DNA of 52,871 bases from Halocafeteria seosinensis (Eukaryota). Below the pieces are notes generated by a model. That model did no database searches. It saw only the letters and a list, made by a program, of their open reading frames with translations, and had not been told where the DNA came from. Positions 44,543-52,871 of this stretch are shown here, in pieces. Each line of letters begins with the position of its first letter. The stretch's first letter is position 1. The stretch is from the NCBI GenBank assembly GCA_001687465.1, contig LVLI01000944.1:1-52871 (forward strand), given 5' to 3'. Made by a program: the position numbers and the translations under genes.

Positions 44543-46462
44543 CTAAAATTCATCGAAAGGGTTGAAGTCCTGGTTCCCATTCCTCTGGGTCCTATGTTTC
44601 TCGGTATCAGACTGATTGTTACTCATAGGGATTGAATGGGGATTCGTTTCAGGAAACTGATGGGCAGCTTGTGCGGGGTTGTATGGGTGATATGGAGCAA
44701 TAACCGGACCTCTTTGAGGATGACTACTACGTGGTGCACCCAAGTTGGGGTATCCACCCTGCGAAGCAGAGGGAGGCGACCTACGTTGAGTTGGTGGGTT
44801 CATATCTGGCTGCATACTGGGTGCATAGCCGTGTTGGTGCTGGGGATGGACAACACCTATGCCTGCAGAAGGCCGCTGAAACTCTTGAGTCTGTCCAGTC
44901 GGAGCCTGTCTAGACTGGTTGCTCGGACCCGCGATTTCGGCAAACGGGTCATAATTATCCCCCTCCCCATGGTTGTTAGTCTTACAGGTATCTTCAGATC
45001 CAAATAAATCGTTCAGGGGGTCACTCGTGCTACCCGTTGGCTGACTGCTTCGGTGCGTGGGTTGGCTCAGATCCGCGGTGCCTCCAAATAAATCAGCTAG
45101 TTCATCTATGTCCCCACCCTTTTGTTCTTCCGCACCCATAGAACTGGAGGCCACAGAGGCGCCTGTTCCTGCCCTGGACCGAGCCTCTGCGTTCGAATCT
45201 CCTGGCGGTGGTGGAAGAAGGCCCGGTTTCCCAGTGCCTCTTCCAGACGACCGGCGTGAGGTTTTGCCCTTGTTTTCTCCCTGTTTTTTTCTTGGGACAT
45301 TAACGTGAATTTTGTTCATCGTCTGGGATGCTTTGTTCGTACCATTTTTATCATCCTTGCTTTTTACGTTCACGGGTTGGTCAAACGTCTCTTCAACAAT
45401 ACCAAGGATATCGGACTCCGCCTTGCTTGGTTGGGAAGGGGCATTTTGTTTTGGGGGTGGCTGCTGGCGCGTGTCTGGAGGATGTGATACTGGTGGTTGC
45501 GAAGGAGACGAAGCCTTGGGTGGCCCGTGGTGCAGCACTTGTTTGTAGAATTCCAGTGCTTCATGGAGTTCATCATTGAGGTTGAGCAATGGTTCCATTC
45601 GACCAGGGCTTTCCTGGTATTCTTGTATCTTCTGTAACAGGGGTGATTCACCTCCTTTCACTGTACTATATAATTCTGAGATGGCTTCATTTTGTTTTAA
45701 GTCGGCCGCGCTGGCAGCTTGAGACGTTGTATCCCGAAGCATATCAATTGAGTATTTCAAATTGTGCAGTTCTTTAGGAAGTGCGTCCACATTTGTATAG
45801 CTCTTCGGCAAAGACTTTGACGAAGCAGTGTTACCGGACGTGTCAGTGGTAGCCGTCCTTTGTTGAGGAGCCTCTTTGGGGGAGCGTGACATTGCCCTCT
45901 GTTCATCAGTTTGGATAGCTTGTGGTGTGAAAATTGGTGGTCTATTCTCATCGAGTTGTGGCAAAGGGAACTCATGGCCTTTCGCTTTCAATGAGTGATA
46001 ACATTCGACAAAACCTCTTAAACCATGGTTCTTGGCTAGAGGCAAGAATTCCTCACCCCATGCCTGAATCAGTTCCTTCGCTTTCAAGTTGACCTCTTTC
46101 GCTCCTGGTTTCGAGCGTTTTGAATGCGATTCTTCAACGACTTTGGTCATCGTTTCCATGGTGGATTCTGAACCAAGCTCTCGTAGCATGTCTAAACCAC
46201 AATTTTTCGCTATCGCCTCCATCAAATGTAAAGCCAATAATACGGAGTTCCATTTCTTAGACTTCAACCTGATGCGCAGTAGTCGAGCCACTTCTTGCCG
46301 TTCTTCAAACTTCGTCATGCTGTTGATTTTATCCACAATGTCTATGTTCAGTTGCCAATCCACGCTCACCTGTACATCACTTGTGGCTCTCTCGATCATT
46401 TCTTCTGTTTCACCAATATCCGCCACCGGAGGTTCAAGTTTGTCTAGTCGAAAAAAATCCAT
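44543..46462 (-). CDS. TOM1-like (TOL) VHS-GAT protein, intronless
   Basis: VHS IERATS...DWQLNIDIVDKIN...LALHLMEAIAKNCG...KAKELIQAW...Y..LKAKG.EFP, GAT-like LLNLNDELHEALEFY, and a disordered tail with DPF and terminal FNPFDEF motifs. Confidence 0.9.
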   Translation of the reverse strand: MDFFRLDKLEPPVADIGETEEMIERATSDVQVSVDWQLNIDIVDKINSMTKFEERQEVARLLRIRLKSKKWNSVLLALHLMEAIAKNCGLDMLRELGSESTMETMTKVVEESHSKRSKPGAKEVNLKAKELIQAWGEEFLPLAKNHGLRGFVECYHSLKAKGHEFPLPQLDENRPPIFTPQAIQTDEQRAMSRSPKEAPQQRTATTDTSGNTASSKSLPKSYTNVDALPKELHNLKYSIDMLRDTTSQAASAADLKQNEAISELYSTVKGGESPLLQKIQEYQESPGRMEPLLNLNDELHEALEFYKQVLHHGPPKASSPSQPPVSHPPDTRQQPPPKQNAPSQPSKAESDILGIVEETFDQPVNVKSKDDKNGTNKASQTMNKIHVNVPRKKQGENKGKTSRRSSGRGTGKPGLLPPPPGDSNAEARSRAGTGASVASSSMGAEEQKGGDIDELADLFGGTADLSQPTHRSSQPTGSTSDPLNDLFGSEDTCKTNNHGEGDNYDPFAEIAGPSNQSRQAPTGQTQEFQRPSAGIGVVHPQHQHGYAPSMQPDMNPPTQRRSPPSASQGGYPNLGAPRSSHPQRGPVIAPYHPYNPAQAAHQFPETNPHSIPMSNNQSDTEKHRTQRNGNQDFNPFDEF

Positions 46463-46777
46463 CCTTACTACGTCTGTGGGTTGTATGCTGATTTTGCCGA
46501 GCCATGTAATAATTCCACCAGCCCTGACTACTATTGGACAGACCGTGGAATCAAGCTATCCGTGATATCGATGTTTAATGACGTGTCTCTCAAGATTCCA
46601 AAGAACGTTGACAAAAGATTGTCCGGTTGACAAACTTGCCAGGAAGTTGCTGCTTTGGAGCCCAAACTTTGGACCCATTGAATACCAATACCATCCGTGT
46701 CGTTTTCCAAGGTGTCCCTTGTATGGGAAAGGTTATTTTCTTAATGGACGCCAGTTGAAACAAGGGTATAGTGAGAA

Positions 46778-49700
46778 ATGTCCTCTTCGAGACAGGAAGA
46801 GGACCAGAGTGGTAACAACGCGTTCGACGCCTGGGACCTCGAATTCAGCGATGAAGAAGGCACAGACCAACCGGAAAGTAAGCAATCGCAACAACAACCG
46901 AAAGAACAAAGTGCATCGGCAGCAGCATCGGCTGAGCAATCAGAACCGGGAGAGCAGCAAGAAGGCTCTTTATTTGGTGGATGGCGAAGTGGCTGGGGCA
47001 ACTCCCTCTTCACCAACCTGTATTCCAACGCCTCCAAAATTACAGAGAATTCGGCAAAGTTTATCGAGAGACTCGATGAAACTCTAGTGGGCGATGAAGA
47101 CGACGAAGACGATGATGATGATGACGTGTATGGCTCGCAACAGGAGAACGAAGAGGACAGCGATGAAGCCGGAGGTCACGAAGGTGACCATACTCGGTCC
47201 AGCTCTCTTTCTGGTTTATTAGGTCATGGACGTCAGCTTACGGGCGGGTCGTTCTTATCTAGAGCCGCTGAAACAGTGGGTTTAAATGAAGATGAAGAAG
47301 AGGAAGACGGGGATGGCGGTGCATCCGAGTCTTCAAAGTTTACTGCGGAGGAGGTTCAGTTGCTTCGTGACACTTTGTTGCAGGAGCAGACAGCTCTACA
47401 AAAACGTAATAAGGAGCTTGAAGAAATGTTGGATGACCAAACTGCGCAAAGGAAGGAATTGGAACAGACAGTGATTGAACTAAAAGGACGGGGAGGTGGG
47501 GATGCAGAGCACGATACGGCTAACCAGCTGAGGAAGAAACTTGAAGAGGTAGAATCTCTTCGAAAAGCCGCTGTGGATTCCAAAGAAGAGTTGAGGACAG
47601 AATATGGAAATGTGCAACAACACAACAAAAAACTACAAGAACAAGTTCAAGACTTCCAATCCAGAGTAGAGATGCTTCAGGAAGAAAATGCAACTTTAAA
47701 AGAGTCGCTTACACAGTTACACGGCAATCAAGGCGAAGCAGAGAAGGAAAAAGAATACCTGGAACAACTAGAGCAAATGCGGCAAGAGCTTCATGATGCT
47801 CGAGAATTTGAGAAAGAGCGAGATGAATACTTACAGCGGTTGGAAAAACTGGGAGCAGAGCTTCGGAAGGAGAAGGAGACCACCGAAGGAGATGAATTTC
47901 AATTGCTAAGGGAAGTATTGAGTAGTAAGCGAAACGTCGAGAAAGAAAAGGATGAGTATTGGAAACAACTTCAAGAGTTGCGTGAAGAATTGGGAAGCAA
48001 GCAGCAAGAAGTGGAGAAAGAGCGTGATGACTGCTCCAACCAACTTCAGCACGCTCAAAACCAGTTAAACGATAAAGAAGAGATAGAGAGACAAAGAAAC
48101 GCGTACTATCAAGAACTAGAAGAGATACGAGAGGAACGTAGGCATCTCAGAAATAAAGTCGACTCAAACGAGACGGAAAGGAGACGCTTAGAACACGAGC
48201 TAGAAGCTGTGAACAAGCAACTTCGCGACTACGAACAACAACTGCGTCACTCAAGAGAGGCTTTACGAACCGAGTCTGACACTTGTCAAAATGATCAAGA
48301 TGTGAACACTCGGTCAAAGTCGCAGAGCGAAAGAGAAATGGGAGATTCAGTCCTCGAAACTTCTGTAGGTGGTGAGAACGAAGCATGTGACTCTTTGGAA
48401 CAGGAGCTTAAGAAGAAAGAAGAACACATTTGTGAACTTCAGAAGCAATTGGAATCGTCTCGGGGACCGGTTAAAGATGTTGCGGACCAGGTACCTCTCG
48501 CCATTGACGCGAGATGTGTCGGGGAAATAAGACATCGTTGTCGACTGCTGCAGCAAGAAAATGTAGGGTTATCTTCTCAGGTCCACGAGTCCAACGAAAA
48601 ATTCTTAGCAGACATCTCTTTCACCGTACAGGCAATAGGGGAGGCACTTCACGGATTCACCGCAGTTCAGTCCAATGGCCGTGAAACTTCTCGTTCGGTT
48701 TACTCTGCACTCAGTCAACTAGTCAATTCCCTCAAGAGCTTGAAACGGGATCAAGAATTTTTGTATCATGAAGTAGCCGAGGCGCTGCCTTCACACAACA
48801 CGTGGGAACGCATTATCGCGCTTTATAATCGGCAACTGAGTTGGTTCCGAGAGGAACTTCGGTCTGCTGGAACTAACACTCAAGAAATGGAAGCAAGCAA
48901 GGAGCAAGCGGCAGTGAATGCTGAAGAGAATCGCTCACTAAAGGAGCGGGTTAATTCAGTGAACTCCTCTCTTGATGCAGCGGAGAGGGAGAAAACCGAG
49001 TTGCACAAGGAGCTGGGAGGATGGAAAAAGGCGAAGGAGGAATTAGAGAGCCAGTACGCTGATTTATATCAAAAGGAAGCCGAAATGGAACAAGAACTGC
49101 AACACTTAAGACAGAAGCAATCAGAGTTCCAATATCAGGAAGAACAACTGCGAAAGCTTGAGAGAGAAAAGAATGATCTTTCACAAGAGGTGGAAGATTT
49201 CAAACAAAGCAACAATGCTTACATCAGGCGCGTTGACAGCGTTCGTGGGGAACTTGAGGAAACGGAGCAGAAGCTGCAAGAGTCTTGGGGACGGGTTCGA
49301 GAACTCGAGGAGCAGCTAAGTGAGAGTCATTCGAAACGGACACAATTGGATCAGGAAAAAGAGAGCCTGGAGCGTCAAATTGCTAATGCGGAAGAGGAGA
49401 AAGACAGCCTCAAGGAAAGGATAACTGCACTAGAGACCTCATTGGAGAAGGAAAAGTCGGAGCACTCTTCTGTTGCTGAACAGCTTCAAGAGACGAAACG
49501 ACAACTGTCTTCGACGACTTCATTAGAGGAAGAAAAGAGGGAACTAGAAGAAAAAATTTCGCAACTCGAACAGAAAGGTGAAGAGAGAGAGAGAAAGCTG
49601 AGAGTTGCACAGGCACAGTGGAAAAGGGAGCGAGATGCGCTTAAGGGCGAGAGAGACGAGGCTATGAAAGAGACCGAGTCCCTGGAAAGCAAGATCAAAG

Positions 49701-50575
49701 ATTTGCAGGAGAAGTACGAAAAAGAGCAAAAACGAGGTGAAGATGACGAAACGGCAGACACAAAGAAAGAACTTCAACGGTTGGAACACCAATATCAGGC
49801 TCTCGAGCGTAAGAACACAGAGCTGGAAGAAGAGGTTCGAAATTGGAAGGAGCAATGCGCTGAAAGTGACACTCAACTACAGAAGCACGTCGAGGAGAAA
49901 AATATTCTAGAGCGTAAGGTTGAAGATCTTGGCTCTCAACTTCAGCGGAAGGACCAAAAGATTAGCCATGACATGTCCAGAATATCTGAAATAGAGGCAA
50001 AGTTAGACGCAGAGAAAAAAGGAAAGGAGGAGTTGGAAGAGTCCAAGAAGAAGACACAGGAGGTGGGCATACAGTGTACTGATGAAAGAAGTACGAAAAA
50101 TAGCACAGAGCAAATGCGCAAGCTTGAGAAGCAGCTTAAAGAGGCCCGCACAGAGCTGGAGAGGTTACGGAGCAGAAGCTCTTCCAGCTCCCCCCAAAAA
50201 CCAAGCTCACAAGTTGAACCACATTCTCCAGAGCAACAGAGACGATCCTCTGCAAGTGAGACACCTCTATCTACCCAATCTACACTTCGAGCTCGCTCGG
50301 CCAAGGAGTACGATGTAGAAGCTGGGCGTGGGGAGGATTTGGAAGACAGGTTTAGAGACGAAGATAGTGTCCGGCCGCATGGCCTTACAATTGATGGTGC
50401 CCTGCGAAGTTGGCCTCTGTGTCTCAGTTTATTACGCAATACACCCTCAGCTGCGCGCAACACGTTCGGGAAGGATATTGGAGGGGCATTTACGAGCCCT
50501 GCCTTTGCACTTTTTGTGTACGTCGTAATACTGCACGTAGCGTTCCTGTGGTGCTACCCAGCTGAAGCTGAGTAA
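46778..50575 (+). CDS. Tail-anchored golgin-like coiled-coil protein (golgin-84/CASP/giantin-type TM), intronless
   Basis: About 900 aa of E/K/Q/L-rich coiled coil, an acidic N-terminus with Trp motifs, and a C-terminal TM FALFVYVVILHVAFLW carrying the YxxxLH motif of TM golgins. Confidence 0.78.
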   Translation: MSSSRQEEDQSGNNAFDAWDLEFSDEEGTDQPESKQSQQQPKEQSASAAASAEQSEPGEQQEGSLFGGWRSGWGNSLFTNLYSNASKITENSAKFIERLDETLVGDEDDEDDDDDDVYGSQQENEEDSDEAGGHEGDHTRSSSLSGLLGHGRQLTGGSFLSRAAETVGLNEDEEEEDGDGGASESSKFTAEEVQLLRDTLLQEQTALQKRNKELEEMLDDQTAQRKELEQTVIELKGRGGGDAEHDTANQLRKKLEEVESLRKAAVDSKEELRTEYGNVQQHNKKLQEQVQDFQSRVEMLQEENATLKESLTQLHGNQGEAEKEKEYLEQLEQMRQELHDAREFEKERDEYLQRLEKLGAELRKEKETTEGDEFQLLREVLSSKRNVEKEKDEYWKQLQELREELGSKQQEVEKERDDCSNQLQHAQNQLNDKEEIERQRNAYYQELEEIREERRHLRNKVDSNETERRRLEHELEAVNKQLRDYEQQLRHSREALRTESDTCQNDQDVNTRSKSQSEREMGDSVLETSVGGENEACDSLEQELKKKEEHICELQKQLESSRGPVKDVADQVPLAIDARCVGEIRHRCRLLQQENVGLSSQVHESNEKFLADISFTVQAIGEALHGFTAVQSNGRETSRSVYSALSQLVNSLKSLKRDQEFLYHEVAEALPSHNTWERIIALYNRQLSWFREELRSAGTNTQEMEASKEQAAVNAEENRSLKERVNSVNSSLDAAEREKTELHKELGGWKKAKEELESQYADLYQKEAEMEQELQHLRQKQSEFQYQEEQLRKLEREKNDLSQEVEDFKQSNNAYIRRVDSVRGELEETEQKLQESWGRVRELEEQLSESHSKRTQLDQEKESLERQIANAEEEKDSLKERITALETSLEKEKSEHSSVAEQLQETKRQLSSTTSLEEEKRELEEKISQLEQKGEERERKLRVAQAQWKRERDALKGERDEAMKETESLESKIKDLQEKYEKEQKRGEDDETADTKKELQRLEHQYQALERKNTELEEEVRNWKEQCAESDTQLQKHVEEKNILERKVEDLGSQLQRKDQKISHDMSRISEIEAKLDAEKKGKEELEESKKKTQEVGIQCTDERSTKNSTEQMRKLEKQLKEARTELERLRSRSSSSSPQKPSSQVEPHSPEQQRRSSASETPLSTQSTLRARSAKEYDVEAGRGEDLEDRFRDEDSVRPHGLTIDGALRSWPLCLSLLRNTPSAARNTFGKDIGGAFTSPAFALFVYVVILHVAFLWCYPAEAE
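47735..48140 (+). repeat. Imperfect intragenic coding repeats in the golgin
   Basis: Units EKEKEYLEQLEQMRQEL, EKERDEYLQRLEKLGAEL, EKEKDEYWKQLQELREEL, EKERDDCSNQLQHAQNQL and ERQRNAYYQELEEIREE. The DNA gagaaagagcg/gagaaagaaaag recurs. Confidence 0.65.
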
Positions 50576-50628
50576 CGTTGCCTCAGCAGACAACGCTATC
50601 TGCTTTCTTTAGTTCCAATTTACTGCCT

Positions 50629-51658
50629 CTAGACCATATGAATACCGTTTCCGAGACCTCGGGATCGTTGGAGACTGGATAAAAAGCTACCGTACGTGGC
50701 ACTTCCAGTAACAGCCCCTGCTTGCGCGGGATTCACCCGCGTAGTTTGCACGGAGAACTGATTGCTGTCATCGGAAGAAGGACCTTTAACATGTATTTCG
50801 ACAATGTGCTCCATCATGGAAAAGTCGCACATGAGACGAGCCGTGGTAGAATCGAAGCCCAAATTTTCGGCAGCAATGGATGCTGCAGCCATTGTGTTAA
50901 CGTTGTTTGGGGCCAAGGGGCATAGTGATCGAACTGGTCCTTCATAAAGCGTGTGCGTGCCAGGCGTCTGCTTTTGCAGTATCTGTCCAAACATGAAATT
51001 TATTCATTGTTCCTGTTCCGTATCTCAAATACAATGAACACCAATGATGGAATCTCAACCACCTACCTCGTCGAGCTGCGTCTTAAGCTCACCTGTCAAC
51101 TTGAGTGAAGTAGGGTGTTTCTTCATTGTAACTGTCAACCCCTTGAGCGTCCCTCGTTGAGCCATCTTTTGAATATCCTGCATTGTATGAATCGCAGCTG
51201 GTAGGTCTCAGAGCGCAAGTTTCCAGCACTGTCGCAGTTTTCCTTACAGCTGCACCCCACAAGGCCCCACTTGGGATGTATACACCCCTTCCGTTTTCTT
51301 TTTTGGCCTCTTCATGTATAGTACGTTCTGTCTCAGGATCTGCCAGAGCCGTTGGAGACCCTATGAATAGGTCCGCGTACTGTACGATTCGGCCTCCGTA
51401 CTCTTGCACAACCGAAGGATGACAGATTTCCACCACGAGGTCCGGTGAGAAGTTCTGGGCTAATTCAATATCTTCCAGTATTTTATCCTTCGGTACATAT
51501 TCCGTTTGTTTCAACTTTTCCGACGTGCGGTTCCACACAAAAGCTAGCTCGAAGTGCTTGCCCACTTGTTCATCATGGAGTATAGCATGGGTAAGATATT
51601 GCCCCACACTTCCAAACCCCAGAATTCCCACACGTGTTCTTCCTCCACTTCCCGACAT
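50629..51658 (-). CDS. ASPDH: Aspartate dehydrogenase domain-containing protein, 3 exons
   Basis: VGILGFGSVG, LAFVWNR, DLVVEICHP, GSPTALAD, YIPSGALWGA.DI, KKHPTSL, LYEGPVRSLCPLAPNNVNTMAAA and NPAQAGAVTGSATY. Confidence 0.92.
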
Positions 51659-51921
51659 ACTAGACAAATCTTATTTTCCTTTCTGTTCCACTCAATCGTT
51701 GAAACGGATAGGTCTTCATGTCTACAGAGCCACAATGTCAACAGGCTCGTTGTGACCACCGTTTATACACCATTAACCTATGATGCGGTCAACTTCACAG
51801 AGTCCTCCCATTTGAATACCATGGTTCAAATGCTCCTCAATGGTCGATAGCACACTGTACAGATAAGGTTGGTTAATTTGGTCTTGCGAAAAATAGTCAA
51901 TTTTACTAGGCGCGTGATGCC

Positions 51922-52871
51922 ATGAAGGTGTACAAAAGTGAAATCCCTTCGTCTTGTCAAAATGGACAAGCCGTTTGTCTGGGCATTGATGAAGCCGGAC
52001 GCGGTCCTGTACTAGGTTTGTACTCCAAAGCTGCGAGTGATGAAGCTGCAACGTTGATGTTACTTTGTCGATGGCACAGGCCCCATGGTATACGGAGCTG
52101 CGTATTGGCCGCTTGAACGGGAAAAAGAGATGGAGGACAGTAGCTTCGATGGTAAGAATTGAACGATCTCCGCGACATCAAACACAACCTACCTATGGGC
52201 AACCCACTACTCAATTTGAAACGACCCTCCGTGGATTTTCCGTTCGTCTTGTACAGACTCCAAAGCATTGTCCCCTGAGCAGCGAAAAAGCTTGTTTGAG
52301 AATATTAAGAATCATCCGCATGTGGGGTACATCATTCTAGAGATTCCTCCAGAGGAAATATCGTCAAAGATGCTAAGAAAGTACGCCGATTCGCGCACTC
52401 CTTAATGCTTTCAATTATACCCTTACAGGTTCTAGTTTTCTTGTAACAGAATACCGTATAACTTAAACGCTATTTCTCATGATACAGCTATCGGCCTGGT
52501 TGAAAAGGCCCTAGAAGATAATGTGCAGGTAGAGAAGGTTTATGTGGATACAGTTGGAGATCCATCTCGTTACGAGGTGAGCATAGAGGAATATTGTGCG
52601 ACGTGCTTTCTGGCGCATCATTTGTCCTTGATGAAGGTGGTCTTCCTTCTGATGAACGCTTGCAGAAAAAATTGGATGAATATTTCGGAGGAAAGATTGA
52701 GTTTACCGTGCGCAAGAAGGCCGACTCACTGTACAAATGCGTGAGTGCCGCTAGTATATGCGCAAAGGTGACAAGGGATGAAGCAATGGAACATTGGGAT
52801 AAAGAGCATTCAATCGAAACGAAACAAGGGGCTGCTCCGTATGGTAGTGGCTACCCGTCAGGTAAGGACGG
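51922..52871 (+). CDS. RNASEH2A: Ribonuclease H2 catalytic subunit A, 3' end beyond the window
   Basis: [61 protein letters not shown] and GSGYPS, followed by an intron donor at the window edge. Confidence 0.96.

Overview
This is gene-dense eukaryotic nuclear DNA from a compact, probably flagellated protist genome (~48% GC by eye, short ~55-105 nt GT-AG introns, very tight gene spacing). The lineage cannot be fixed from this window. By splicing exons by hand I can support 22 protein-coding genes: ACOT8/tesB thioesterase, ATG10, an M1AP-like protein, MCM9, PSMG1-like, TSG101/Vps23, a degenerate kinesin, an eIF4E, an ankyrin protein, a pseudo-JmjC/Cys-rich finger protein, a UBE3A-like HECT ligase, a WW-WW-MyTH4-FERM protein, IolG, two methyltransferases, a low-complexity coiled-coil protein, an Orai-like 4-TM protein, an EFHC1/Rib72-type DM10 protein, a TOM1-like VHS-GAT protein, a tail-anchored golgin, ASPDH and a partial RNASEH2A. 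There is also one fairly clear decayed CRE-like non-LTR retrotransposon and some weaker remnants. The most interesting observations are (1) an apparent protist homolog of the animal meiotic crossover factor M1AP, head-to-head with MCM9; (2) a divergent Orai/CRAC-like channel visible only after splicing, with the E106-equivalent glutamate in register; (3) two intronless bacterial-type genes within 4 kb, candidate HGT; and (4) several apparent pseudo-enzymes or remodelled domains. All homology calls come from remembered family motifs, not from database searches. I saw no rRNA, tRNA or CRISPR array.
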